In this document: positions 25,321-39,471 of the stretch, one piece after another
How the letters are laid out: each line of letters starts with the position of its first letter
Position numbering within the stretch: the stretch's first letter is position 1
DNA from: Octopus vulgaris
Taxonomy: Eukaryota
Length of the DNA stretch: 64,000 nt
Reading direction: 5' to 3'
NCBI GenBank assembly: GCA_951406725.2
Contig: OX597827.1
Location: 65,348,001 to 65,412,000, forward strand
The notes under the pieces: model-generated
The model's input: only the letters and a program-made list of their open reading frames with translations
Database searches by the model: none
Told to the model about the DNA's origin: nothing
Translations under genes and position numbers: made by a program

Positions 25321-26227
25321 TCTCTCTCTCTCTGTCACTCCTTTGTATTCCCTCTTTTACGGTACGTCACCATTCTCCACGGTTGTGGCCATATAGTGAC
25401 TGATTTACTGATTTACTGGGTATTCAATGTTACGAATCGACGACAGAATAAACATAAAAAGAAACCAAATCAGATCCAATAATTTGTCTGACACTTTAAA
25501 TTATCTAGCCCAGGAGCGGAAAAGGTAATATTCATCTCGGCGAGATTTCATCTCTGTAAAAGTCTGGAACCAATATCTGCAATGCAAAGAAGTATAGAAT
25601 CATTGTTGTTCTCAACGTTATCGATTAAAACCCATATCAGCTCTGACCCAGACACTCTGGTCGAAAACATTTCACCTTTCCCTATATTGATTAGCATCAA
25701 TTCTTACTCATCTAATTCACTAATTACGTGTCAGAAATATATTTGTCCTAAACATTTTACTTTCAATTCACAATAGCTGATCGGAATTTGTCAATGTTGA
25801 CCAGACTGGCAGCATCTATCATAAACATATGTATATGTAGCCAATTACACTTAACTTCAGGTAACCTCTGCAGTATATACCAAGAAACCTGCTGAAAACA
25901 TGAATGACTCGCTGACATATGACAATATCACAACTGCTACATAAGAGATATCCCAACAATATTCGTATAGGCGAACACTTATATGTGTATATATATATAT
26001 ATATATAATTGAAAAATATTTATCAGAATTTATGTAGTTAGCTTGAAAAACCATCAATTTTTCTTCTTAAATATATTCATTTATATTGAGGGCATTACTA
26101 GACATAAGCCACACGCTAGCGGGGACTCTTGACTTTAAGAGTTTGACGTCAAGAGACCCTCCTAGCGTGTGGCATTTATGTATAGTAATGCTATATATAT
26201 ATATAAATATATATATGTGTGTGTGTA

Positions 26228-26277
<50 letters not shown>

Positions 26278-26752
26278 CACCTTCAAAACGCAACAACAGC
26301 TTTATTTCCGGAAATAAATCGGTGAGAAAACTACTCTGATCTCTAAATGTAATCTATCAGAATCTAATTTAACTTGGTTATTAATAGACTAATTTTCGAT
26401 GATATATACTCAAGCCCAAATGTGTTGGGTATAGGAATAGAAGACTTCAAATAGCATATATTAAACCGACACATAAAATCAGGTCAAATTCTTTTTTCGT
26501 CTTGTTTTATATAAATTTGAGAGCTAATTTTCAGTTAAAAGAAATTAAAAGGTCTTTTTCTGTAAACACACATTTTTATCTAGTCACTTTTATAGATTTC
26601 ATGGATCCTCTTTCAAAATCCGGATTAACGATACATTAGAGTATATTTCTAAATAAAGTGCAATCGTTCAGTTATTTTTCCAAGGTAAGTTTTGTATAAT
26701 TAAAATCACCTCACATATTTTCTATGAATTCTATTGACCTAATATATCCCGT

Positions 26753-26811
<59 letters not shown>

Positions 26812-26933
26812 AACACACACATACATGTATATGTGCATAAATATATTCAAATAAATATAAATATGTATGTCCCTATATATATGTATATATTCATATACGT
26901 ATATACACATACATAAATACTTAGATACATACT

Positions 26934-26983
<50 letters not shown>

Positions 26984-27904
26984 GGTATGCATGTATATGT
27001 AAATGTCGAACGATGAGTGTGTGCTCAACACAGCATTGGTGCACCGCACGGTTTTTTACTTGCTACCATTATTTGCTTTTATTAAGGCTACCATTGGTTT
27101 CATGCGCAGAAAAATATCTTAATATTTTAAATTTTCAAACCGATAACACGGAAGAATGGTGTTTGTCTAGACATATAATTATGGATATTTACATATATAT
27201 ATATACACATACATATATATAACTATCCCTCTCTATATATATTTTATCTATCTGTCTATGTATCTCTCCCTGTCTCTCATTCTCTCTGTTTGTATGTATG
27301 TATATATATATATATAAATATATATATATGCATGAACGTACAGATATAGATAGATTGATACTTAGAAAGAGAGAAAACCTTTTAGAGAGTATGTATGGTA
27401 TGTTTATAGCCAAACATAGGAAATAATGATAAATTGGTATATTGCCGGCTTGTTTTGGTTGTATAATTAACTAATTTATTATCGGATATTTAGAGAAAGA
27501 AAGAAAAGAAGGAGAAATGTGAATCTCACGTGATGGTTCTCTTTTAGAAATTATAGATATTTCAATTAAACATCACAAATCTTTCGTTTCTACGTCGTTT
27601 TTATTTTTCTCATTGTGTACGGCTGTATGTAAAGTCGTTATAATATTACGATGGTTGGTGCTGTCATCTATTGTTAGAAGTGATCGTACCGATTTATGGA
27701 GCAAAAGCTGCAGACTAGGAGCAAGCTCGTTGAGCTGTCGTTCGGAACGATCCAGTTGAGTGTTTTTATATCTTCCGTTATTGTTTCGATTTTGATACTA
27801 CGGTCATATTGGGGAACCTCCTTGACTTTTTAGTCGAACGAATCGCCCCCCAGAAATATTATTTCTTTTGTTCATTAAACATAGGAGTTACTCTAGTGCC
27901 TTTT

Positions 27905-28044
27905 TCTTGCTAATCAACCACATGGTTCCGGGTTGAGTCCCACTGCGTGGCATCTTGGGCAAGTGTCTTCTGCTATAGCCCCGGGCCGACCAATGCCTTG
28001 TGAGTGGATTTGGTAGACGGAAACTGAAAGAAGCATGTCTGATA

Positions 28045-28097
<53 letters not shown>

Positions 28098-28298
28098 CTG
28101 TGTTTGTACCCCTAGCATTGCTTGACAACCGATGCTGGTGTGCTTACGTCCCCGTCACTTAGTGGTTCGGCAAAAAGAGACCGATAGAATAAGTACTGGG
28201 CTTACAAAGAATAAGTCCCGGGGTCGATTTGCTCGACCAAAGGCGGTGCTCCAGCATGGCCGCAGTCAAATGACTGAAACAAGTAAAAGAGTAAAGAG
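27905..28298 (+). mobile_element. SINE family A
   Basis: High identity to 6824-7226, 5' few bases missing. Confidence 0.88.
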
Positions 28299-28775
28299 TG
28301 AAGAGTATAGATTAGCTGTGTTTTATATAGCTGTAATAACTGGCGAGGTGTAATTTATCAGTTCTTAAAATATCCGCCATACCAAACTATTCATTTTTAT
28401 ACATAGTAATTCTCGTCTTAGCGGATATTACATTGCTTCCTGGGTGTATATAAGTTTTAGTGTGTTCTACTGTTGACAATTCAATACCGATTCTTTTATA
28501 TGCCTTAAGCCTTTGTCTCAAAACTGGTTTCGTCAAACAAAATCATCTGCATAAGTTTCTTTGCCCTTGATTATAGATATGTGCTTAACAAATACATACA
28601 TGCTTAAACACACACACACACGTGTGTGTGTGTGTGTGTGTGTGGATATGGGATTTAAAGCACCAGTAAGTATTGATGCAGTTAAATACTGTGTTGCCGT
28701 TTAATTATACGCCAATAACTGAGATCCTGAATATCGCAGAAGGCTTAAATGTTCTCTGTAAGAACGCCATATATT

Positions 28776-28817
<42 letters not shown>

Positions 28818-29099
28818 TTATCATCATCATCATCATCATCATCATCATTATTGTTGTTGTTGTTATTATTATTATTATTAATGTTATCATTATCATCGAG
28901 TTGAGATTTGATTATATAGTTATGAGGTACTTTGGTATTTTAAAAGTCCTTGAACTTAACGAATTGCTCTTACGGTTGCTCGTTGACGACTAATCATCGT
29001 CTCTGGAATGTTTTTGTGTCACATAATTTTTTTTATAACTGTAAAAATCATAAACTGTTAATGTCACATTACAATCTTTAGCTACTTTACATCTTGTAT

Positions 29100-30050
29100 G
29101 GTATTTCGCTCCGAGCCTTTATTAAATTCTATATAAAATATTTGAATTTTCAATTACAATGTCTACCGTAGATTTTTGCTTGTCTCGTGTAAAAAGACTT
29201 ATTGGATTGTCTCCTGTTTGAATTATACATATTTAACACACTGCAAATAGATGTCCATATATATCCAGTCTGTCGGTTACAATCATGAATTTTTCAAATT
29301 CCAATTTTACGTCTGAATTTTCAAAATCATATTAGTTGTCTGAAATTCATTACACAACGGATTACAGGTTTGGGATGTGTTGCTTCTTATAATTTTATAA
29401 TTTTTTAAAGATTTTGTTTGTGATTTTAATATTGTGTTATAAGTTGTAAAGTTCACATGACTAATCTAATTTTCAAATTCAGCGGCAGACGTCGCAAACA
29501 TGTTGTAAACATCGTGATTATAAATTTTACATTGGAGATATAAATATGAGATTTGTCTCAACTTCTGAACATGAATGTAGATCAAAATTACGAACTTGTA
29601 AAACATTAAATCATCTTAAACAAAATATCAGCTGGTATAAAATATTAGTTTCAAGTAATAAGCTATTTCAATAACTCATACTGGTTTAATATTTATTTAG
29701 TGGTGTGTTTTACGATCTGTCTGGAGAATTAGAAAAAGCTTTTCATAGACGTTTCATATATGGCGTACATAGCGTAGATATTCACCAGATTGGAAACGTT
29801 CCTCTGCGCTCTGATTTCAAACTATACCCAGAAAATTTTTACATTGGAATTGATGATGATCTATTAGTACAGTACTCTGACTGATTCTCTTTCTGCTTCT
29901 TTCATTTTCTCTTTAGATATATGCCCGCGTTTCAAGTGTCCACCATTATCAGAATGCAACACACAGAATTTTGCTCAGGAATATGTTAAAGTTTTATTCG
30001 TCCCAGCATTAAGCATGGATATCCAGTTATGCTAAAATTATGTGCTTAAC
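29100..30050 (-). pseudogene. very decayed Penelope-like RT-EN remnant
   Basis: Scattered peptides ILIMVDT..GIYLK, QSGEYLRY, TCNPLC, CIIQTG in PLE-like order; weak. Confidence 0.3.
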
Positions 30051-30140
30051 AAATAATTGAATCGTTATTAACAAGAATGATGGAGAATCAACTGTTAGAA
30101 TTTAGTAATATAATAAACATATAATAGTAATATAATAAAT

Positions 30141-30317
30141 AGGCGCAGGAGTGGTTGTGTGGTAAGTAGCTTGCTTACCAACCACATGGTTTCGGGTTCA
30201 GTCCCACTGCGTGGCTCCTTGGGCAAGTGTCTTCTACTATAGCCTCGGGCCGACCAAAGCCTTGTGAGTGGATTTGGTAGACGGAAACTGAAAGAAGCCC
30301 GTCGTATATATATATAT

Positions 30318-30352
<35 letters not shown>

Positions 30353-30511
30353 CTGTGTGTCTGTGTCTGTGTGTGTTTGTCCCCCAAACATCACTTGACA
30401 ACAAATTCTGGTGTGTTTACGTCCCTGTAACTTAGCAGTTCGGGAAAAGAACCCGATAGAATAGGTACTAGGCTTACAAAGATGACTGAAACAAGTAAAA
30501 CAGTAAAAGAG
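30141..30511 (+). mobile_element. SINE family A
   Basis: Complete head, internal TA/TG tract, partly deleted tail. Confidence 0.85.
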
Positions 30512-30605
30512 TATATAATAATCACACATACAGACATTCAAATACTTCCCTTGTACACGCACACACATACACACATATATTCACGCAAAGTTGAAGCGCT
30601 GATTT

Positions 30606-32057
30606 AATCTTTTTCAGCACCCTCTTTGATCTCTGTCGGCGACTCTCTTTGAACTCTGTCGGCACCCTCTTTGATCTCTGTCGGCACCCTCTTTGATCTC
30701 TGTCGGCACCCCTCTTTGATCTTTGTCGGCACACTCTTTGATCTCTTTCAGTACCCCCTCTTTGATCTCTGTTGACACCCCTCTTTGATCTCTGTCGGCA
30801 CCCTTTTTGATCTCTTTCGGCACCCTCTTTGATCCCTGTCGGCACCCTCTTTGATCTCTTTCGGCACTCTCTTTGAACTCTTTCGGCAGAGATCAAAGAG
30901 GGGTGCCGACAGAGATCAAAGAGGGGTGCCGATAAAGATCAAAGAGGGTGCCGACAAAGATCAAAGAGGGGTGCCGACAGAGATCAAAGGGGTGCCGACA
31001 GAGATCAAATGGGGTGCCGACAGAGATCAAAGGGGTGCCGAGAGAGATCAAAGAGGGTACCGCCAGAGATCAAAGAGGGATGTCGATAGAGATCAAAGAG
31101 GGTACCGACAGAGATCAAAGAGGGGTGTCGACAGAGATCAAAGAGGATTGCCGAATAAGATCAAAGAGGGTGCCGACAAAGATCAAAGAGGGGTGCCGAC
31201 AGAGATCAAAGGGTGTGCCGACAGGGATCAAAGGAGGTGCCGACAGAAATCAAAGGGGTGCCGACAGAGATCAAAGAGATCAAAGAGGGTGCCGAAAGAG
31301 ATCAAAGAGGATGCCGAAAGGATCAAAGAGGGTACCGACAGGGATCAATGGGCGTGCCGACAGAGATCAAAGAGGGTACCTACAGAGATCAAAGGGCGTG
31401 CCGACAGCGATCAAACGGCGTGCCGACAGAGATCAAAGAGGGTGCCGACAGAGATCAAAGAGGGTACAAACAGAGATCAAAGAGGGTTCCGACAGAGGTC
31501 AAAGGGCGTGCCGACAGAGATCAAAGAGGGTACCGACAGAGATCAAAGGACGTGCCGACAGAGATCAAAGAGGATACCGACAGAGATCAAAGAGGGTACC
31601 GACAGAGATCAAAGAGGATGCCGACAGAGATCAAAGGGCGTGACGACATAGATCAAAGGGCGTGCCGACAGAAATCAAAGAGGGTTCCGACAGAGGTCAA
31701 AGAGGGTACCGACAGAGATCAAAGGGCGTGCCGACAGAGATCAAAGAGGGTACCGACAGAGATCAAAGGGCGTGCCGACAGAGGTGAAAGAGGGTACCGA
31801 CAGAGATCAATGGGCGTGCCGACAGAGATCAAAGAGGGTACCGACAGAGATCAAATGGGCGTGCCGACAGAGATCAAAGAGGGTACCAACAGAGATCAAA
31901 TGGCGTGTCGACAGAGATCAAAGAGGGTGCCGACAAAGATCAAAGAGGGTACCGACAGAGATCAAAGGGGGTGCCGACAGAGATCAAAGAGGGTGCCGAC
32001 AAAGATCAAAGAGGGTGCCGAAAGAGATCAAAAAGGGTGCCGACAGAGATCAAAGAG
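30606..32057. repeat. 22-bp satellite (GAGGGTGCCGACAGAGATCAAA)n with polarity inversion at ~30887
   Basis: About 12 units in reverse orientation then about 53 forward; 21-23 bp length variants; alternating A/B units in the distal half. Confidence 0.95.
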
Positions 32058-32460
32058 CATGTTGCTGCGAAACGATCGTAATCTTACGGATATTAACTGA
32101 TGAAACAAATATATTCAACACAAACCGCCTGATTTTCCTTATTTTATTGTATACACACACATGGTTGTGTGTGTGTGTGTGTGTGTGCGCGTGTGGCTGT
32201 GTGTGTATAGGTGTGTGTATACACACATGTGATGCATGTCAGAACGATATCTCAACATCAAATATAATTTGAGAGTAAAATTTTAATACATTTCGTCAAA
32301 ATTTTTCTTTATACTATTACAAGTAATATAGCCTATCTAATGGCAGAAAAGTAAAGGAGAGAGAAAATGGCAGAGAACCTCTCTGCATGTGAGGTCTTAA
32401 TTTAAAATATTTTAATAGATTCTATCACTTTGTTACTATCTGTTCTCTGTGTATATATGC

Positions 32461-32536
<76 letters not shown>

Positions 32537-33024
32537 GTCAGTCTCCCTGTCTTTGTTTTTCTATCTAGCGATCAATCTTTCTGTCTGCTTTTTTATCCGC
32601 ATACATGTGTGTATATATATTTATATGTACACACACACACACACACATACACATACACATACACGCACACACACACACACACCATATCTATATACTTTCA
32701 AATGCTTTAATGCGTATTTTAATAAATATTGTTGCGTCAGTAAAAACTTGGCAACCTTCATTCCAGTAGTGACTTCAAATACTTTTTCCGTGTTTTTCGT
32801 GATGCAAATAGTTAAGGCTACATTTTTTCATCACTGGTCTTTGTAGTATATAACGATCTAAGAACAGATTATGGTGAGTCTATACACGACAATGTTTAGG
32901 AGGACTACTTAGTACTTGTAAAAATAAATTTATCTTGGTGGAAATTTGAATCTACTGACACTATTTAGTGTTGTGAAATATATGAGACAAAGCATTAAAT
33001 GATTGAAACTCTTATGACGATATA

Positions 33025-33114
<90 letters not shown>

Positions 33115-33116
<2 letters not shown>

Positions 33117-33303
33117 TAATCCAAACATGAAAACACGACAACACGAGGACGTGGAACAAGTATAGTGTTATTGGACGCTCAGGAAAGGAAAGTAGGAAGT
33201 ATGATTTAACGTTTCGAGCGGAGCACTTCGTCAGAAATATGAAAGATCCTAGGAAGGGAAGACGGAGGAAAAAAAAAATCGCCAACGATACACACTCGGT
33301 CAC
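33115..33303 (-). mobile_element. TA-embedded PLE-type terminal element
   Basis: Between TA-rich tracts; related copies at 13514 and 33338; contains hammerhead motif. Confidence 0.75.
33204..33238 (-). ncRNA. minimal type I hammerhead ribozyme
   Basis: ATTT-CTGACGA-A-GTGC-tcc-GCTC-GAA-ACGT-T-AAAT; matches the CUGANGA-A-stemII-GAAACGU pattern of PLE minimal hammerheads; one stem II mismatch. Confidence 0.7.
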
Positions 33304-33589
33304 ACATATGTATACTTATATATATATATATATATATAGTTAATCCAAACATGAACAAGCAAGAAAACGCAACATTGCGAGGACGTGGAATAAGTACAGT
33401 GTTATTGGACGCTCAGGAACAGAAAGAAAAGAAAGAGGATTTCACGCGTACAAATTCCGCCGAGGTCGACATTGCCTTTCACCCTTTCGAGGTCGATTAA
33501 ATAAGTATCGGTTACGCACTGGGGTCAATGTAACCGACATAATCTCTTCCCCAAAATTTAAGGCTTTGTGCTTCCGGTAGAAACGATTC

Positions 33590-34190
33590 CTAGGTAGAGC
33601 ATTTGATGTCTTTCTCAATCGCGCCTCACATATATTAATCCACTGGATTACAATTGGGGGATTTAGAAGGCCAGAAATTGAGGATGGTAAAGCCGCAGAA
33701 ATTGTGGGACAACATCTTCTGGTAAGGCAAGGTTCCAAATCCTGCTTCAGTATTTCACCACCCTCACCAGTAGTTTCCACGTAGCTATCTGTATTGAGAT
33801 TAAAGCTCTTTCCAATGATGTGAGAATGAAACCCCGCAGTGTGGACGAGGAGAGAACGACTGCTGTCTCCCTTCCTGATGGCAATGGCATCGTAGTCTCT
33901 GTTGAAACAGTAAATGTCATTATCTTACAAAGTTTATAGTGTTCACAGGGCCTTGAGCTGCAGTCAGGATGTCTACGTTTTCATTCCCGTCGCAAATCAT
34001 AGTGATGCGGGTAAATTTTTTCCAGCTTTCAGATTGTTTGAAGTCCTCTATGTCAGATGAATTTTTCTCAAACACAACATTTATCGTTATCCTCTACGTA
34101 GTTGTTGATTTTTCATCAATGCGTCAAGCTGTTCCTAAAGGCAGGAGACAAATACCTTCAAATTTAACTCCCCAATGCCCTGTCCGTATG
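33590..34190 (-). pseudogene. decayed RTE-like LINE RT remnant
   Basis: ICEARLRKTSNAL (RI.KAS.AF-like), DYDAIAI (ADDAAL-like), DRALG (DR..LW-like) in the expected order. Confidence 0.45.
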
Positions 34191-34332
34191 TATTTTTGCA
34201 TGCTTCTTTTGATACATACATACATACATACATACATGAAGGGAAAATATGTAATGACCATTATTTTTAACTTGTTTCTTATATAGCACTGTGTAATAAC
34301 CAGTGTCTCTGGGGCCCATCAACGGATTTACA

Positions 34333-34371
<39 letters not shown>

Positions 34372-34442
34372 GAGGGAATATTATTCCAAACTTACAGGAA
34401 ACATTCAATTTAGAAATACTAAATCAAATTTCACAAAATATA

Positions 34443-34531
<89 letters not shown>

Positions 34532-34677
34532 TTAGAAAAATAATACCTTTTATCAATTTAATAATAATGAAAAATTCAAATTAAATCATTTAGAAAAAAA
34601 ATTACATATTATAGAAAGATTGAATATAAGATAAAACATATAACGATAATTAAGTAATGTGCAAAAATAATAAAAAT

Positions 34678-34751
<74 letters not shown>

Positions 34752-34820
34752 AATATTAGGGAATAAATCGAAATTTAAAGGGAAAAATCAGATTTAGGAT
34801 TAAATCCAATTCTATAGTAA

Positions 34821-34878
<58 letters not shown>

Positions 34879-35532
34879 GCGTACACGATGACACATACAT
34901 ACATACAAGGGACGTGTATCCTTGCGTTCAACGGAGCTCGAGCACATAAACACATAAGAGCTGGGCAAATTACTAAACTGCAGAGTCACATTCAAGTTAA
35001 TGTATACCATTTATAAGTTATGAGTGTTTATCTTTCGCCTCAAAAGGTCATAGATGCTTTTATCAGATTTATTCCGACATCTTAAACTAACTATAATGCA
35101 GAATAAATCTTGGTCACAGAAGGAAATATTTTCATACGTTCTTCCTCTAAAAAGTAAAACTGAAGTATATACGTCTATACAATATACACAATATAAACGT
35201 ACAATCCCCTATATATATATATTTGTATTTGTATACATACGTACACAAATACTCTTATATATATATAACTGTTTAGGTTTTTGTGTATGTGTGTGTGTTT
35301 AAGGATGTACGGTTCTTTCATAACGTTATATAAAGAGCTGAACTTTAAACACTAGATGGACAATATATTAACATGTGATGTACTACAACTAACCAAGTTA
35401 GTCGGAGCTATGTACACATTATTTGGGAATGTGGTCAATGGAAACACGAAGAAACACTGACTAACATACATGCATCATATCTATCGGTTACGTAGCATTC
35501 TATCTACCTACCAATCGCCTCGAATGTACACT

Positions 35533-35593
<61 letters not shown>

Positions 35594-35649
35594 TACATAC
35601 ACCCCCCCCCACACACACACACATATATATATATATATACTACATACAT

Positions 35650-36043
35650 ATAAGTAGGATGAACACTAAGTGGACATCCATTGTGCTAGGGGTAGACCCT
35701 ATATCACCTGATCACTAACAAATGATCGTTCTCAAGAAAATTCAGCAAACGCCAGAATATAAATGAGCAAGGCAAATGAAAAGATACAAAACATAATGAT
35801 TAATCAGGAACCTGGTTTCATTGTTACCACTTACGTAATACTTAAGTAAATGTCCGCAATTCATCAGTGTGATCGTCAGAGTAAAATATAATCTGCAGAA
35901 TTATACCCGAGGCGTCCGCATGAGATGGAACATGTATATAGTTCTACCAATTACATTTGGGGTTATATTTCAAAAGCATATTTTCTATGACGATCACACT
36001 TATGAATTACGGACATTACTTAAGTGGAGACAATGAAACTGGG
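35650..36043. mobile_element. TA-adjacent fold-back element with hammerhead motifs on both strands
   Basis: Minus 35802-35874 CTGATGA-ATTG...CAAT-GAA-ACCAGGT-T; inverted, more degenerate copy on plus at 35988-36043. Confidence 0.65.
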
Positions 36044-36049
36044 CTTGTA

Positions 36050-36668
36050 CTGGCAGAAACGTTAGCACGACGGGCGAAATACTTAGCAGTATTCCGTCTG
36101 TCTATAGGTTGTGGGTTCAAATGACGTGGTGGTAGATATTGCCTTTCATCCTTTGGGGGTCGATTAATTAAGTGCCAGTTCTGTACTGGGGTCGATATAA
36201 TAGACTAGCCCCTACCCCCAAAATTTCGGGCTTGTGCCTAGAATAAAATAGAAAAGAATATATTAATATCTAAAAAGGCGGCGAGCTGCTGGCAGAAACG
36301 TTAGCACCCCGAGCCCGATGCTTAGCGGTATTTCGTCTGCCGTTATGTTTTGAGTTCAAATTCCGACGAGGTCGACTTTACCTTTCATCCTTTCGGGGTC
36401 GATAAATTAAGTACCAGTTACGCACTGGGGTCGATATAATCGACTTAATCCGTTTGTCTGTCCTTGTTTGTCCTCTCTGTATTTAGCCCCTTGTGGAGAA
36501 ATAGGTATTTCCTATTTCTTCACTTTCTGAGTTCAAACTCCGGCAAGATCGACTTAACCTTTCATCCTTTCGGGGTCGATAAATTAAGCAGCAGTTGCGC
36601 ACTGCGATTAATGTAATCGACTGGCCCCTCCCCGCAAATTGTGGGTCTTGTGTGCCTAGAGTAGAAAA

Positions 36669-36670
<2 letters not shown>
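36050..36670 (+). mobile_element. cluster of three head-to-tail SINE family D copies
   Basis: Units at ~36050, ~36277 and ~36525 share CCTTTCATCCTTT.GGGGTCGAT. Confidence 0.85.
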
Positions 36671-36704
<34 letters not shown>

Positions 36705-36861
36705 AAATCGGACAAGTTCATATATGCAATGTGACTGGCGGTTTTCAATTTGTTATATATTAATAAGGAGTGCAATACACGACATTAGTATTTCCTTTGC
36801 GCAGAATATCCAAATATATATCATGTTCCACGCTGTCTTAAGAAATATGCAAGATATCAGA

Positions 36862-37240
36862 GACCGGGAAAATACTACACGTAAAAATGTTACAAGCAAA
36901 AATCAAAATTTTATTTTGGTGGACTGCATGACGATCATAAAAAATGCAGAGTCGCGAAAATAGTAGAAAGTGTTTTAACCAGTCCGAAAAGCGTGACTGA
37001 TATTTTATTTGATTAATGTCGAACAGCAGTGCTTAAAATACACAGACTTGCTATACTTAAGTGCTTTTACCATACACTAAATTTTAAAAATATGGCAGTT
37101 TTACCTGTAGCATTTTTTTCTGTAGGATATGAACCTGCAGCATTATTAGTGTGACATTGTAACTGTGGCATTTTTACAAGTGACATTTTTAATGCTGGAA
37201 ATTTACTGTGGCATTTTTCCCTGTATGCTTTTCTTCTGGG
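36862..37240. mobile_element. fold-back DNA element with ~15-bp subterminal repeats
   Basis: (GTGGCATTTTTACCT)-like repeats at 37090-37235; inverted GGGAAAATACTACACGTAAAAATGTTACA at 36866-36900. Confidence 0.45.
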
Positions 37241-37489
37241 AGTCAAAACTACGTAGCTGTCTGAATCTACTATAGAAATATACTTTCAAGTTTATAATTC
37301 ATCAATTTATGCGAAACTAAGGAATATACGAACACACGTACACACGAATATACGAACACTCATGTCTCTCTCACACCCACGTACAGGCACGCATGTGCAG
37401 AGACACACAGACAAACATTTATACAAAGATAAGCAAATATATACATGTACGTGTATGTACGTATATGTACGTATTCATAAATACATATG

Positions 37490-37920
37490 AATGGCTGTGT
37501 GGTAAGTAGCTTGCTTACCAACCAGATGGTTCCAGGTTCAGTCCCACTGTATGGAACCTTGGGCAAGTGTCTTCTACTAAAGCCTCACGCTGACCAAAGC
37601 CTTGTGACTAGATTTGGCAGACGGAATCTGAAAGAAGCCTTTCGTGTGTGTGTGTGTGTGTGTGTGTGTATTTAAATATATATATATATATGTGTGTGTG
37701 TATATAGGTATGTGTGTGTATGTTTGTATTTCTGTGTTTGTCCCCAAAACAAAGCTTGACAACCGATGCTGGTGTGATTACGTACCCGTAAGTTAGCGGT
37801 TCGTCAAAATCGACCAATAGAATAAGTACTGGGCTTCCAAAGAATAAGTCCTGGCGTCGATTTGCTCGACTAAAGGCTGTGCTCCACCATGGCCGCAGTC
37901 AGATGACTGAATCAAGTGAA
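37490..37920 (+). mobile_element. SINE family A
   Basis: Both halves plus internal TG/TA tract. Confidence 0.85.
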
Positions 37921-38374
37921 ATCAATAGAAGAATGCATATATTCACACATGCATATATATGCGAATAAATATTTCTTTATAGATATAAATGACATTTTAT
38001 ATGACATGTGTACCGTAATCTCTCCTTCGTTCAGTACCAAGTACTGCAATAACTTATGCTTGAAAGACACACACGTCCTCAATGTCCTGGTACAAAATTT
38101 CACATACTTAAATAATGTAAACGTGGATGTTCTTGATAAAAGAACTGGACGTTCACCTCTCCACAATAACAGGTAAACCATCTGCCCGTCATGAAGCAAG
38201 GATGTCACACTCCCCCATGCATTAAGTGGGCCAAAAACCAAGGGAAAAGTACATGCAGGTGAAGTGATATGAAAATCAGCCAAAGATGAATCGTATGTAA
38301 AAGTATGAAACGACGGTGGTGCTCCAGAATGACGGCAGCCGCATGGATACAACACATAGAAGAATAAACGAATA

Positions 38375-38434
<60 letters not shown>

Positions 38435-38477
38435 TATATACATATGTGTGTGTGTGTGTGTGTGTGCGTGTGTGTGC

Positions 38478-38520
<43 letters not shown>

Positions 38521-38574
38521 CATATATATATGCATATGAACACACAAATGGGCACACTTATATGTATATGTGTG

Positions 38575-38654
<80 letters not shown>

Positions 38655-39032
38655 CACACACATATATATTATATATGTATGCATGAAAGATATTAAACAC
38701 GTCGTACACTAAGGATGGTATAAAATGTATATCTTATTTTTGACAGTTTGACAGATTTATAGCCTGTAGTCTCATCTCTCATTTAGAAAACTAGATTTTT
38801 TTCATCGTCTGTTTAGAAAAAATTTGACATTTCTGTTTACTTCTCGCTTTCGTGTTTATTCATTGAATGTTCTTTCATACACAAATCAATGTTTTAATTG
38901 TTTTTACACGCTCTGAGATGTTATAAGTCAAGTTATAAAGTATATATAGCAAGACTGTTGGTATATATAACTGTGAGTGTAGTTACGTATGTATGCATAT
39001 GTATGTATATATATATATATGTATATATATAT

Positions 39033-39095
<63 letters not shown>

Positions 39096-39317
39096 TACAC
39101 CCACACACACATAAACACACATATATATATGCATGTATGTGTATTTGTAAATATATACATATATTTATATACATATATAGATATATGTATATATATATGT
39201 ATATGTATATATATATATTATATATACATATAATAATATAAATAATATATAACTATATGCATATAGACATATATATATCTACATACCTACATCTAGATGT
39301 ATATATACATGCATATA

Positions 39318-39428
39318 TGGGTACAGGACATAAAAAAATATGTTGAACACAATGAGAAACGAAAACACAAACAAAAATATGGAAACGAACTTTTTTCAAA
39401 CAACGAAAAGACAGAGTACAAGACATAC
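39318..39428 (-). mobile_element. TA-embedded repeat (copy at 62722-62850 in opposite orientation)
   Basis: GTTGAACACAATGAGAAA.GAAAAC...ATATGGAAACGAACTTTTTTC shared. Confidence 0.7.

Positions 39429-39471
<43 letters not shown>

Noticed and set aside
28520-28552. Minus-strand CAGATGA...GAC-GAAACCAGTT
   Set aside because: No stem I or stem II pairing
28608-28644. (CA)n-CG-(TG)n perfect palindrome
   Set aside because: Common juxtaposition of microsatellites in this window; nothing specific
30522-32272. Long overlapping ORFs (up to 295 aa) and CRISPR-like appearance
   Set aside because: All frames read the same 22-bp satellite; there are no unique spacers and no cas genes
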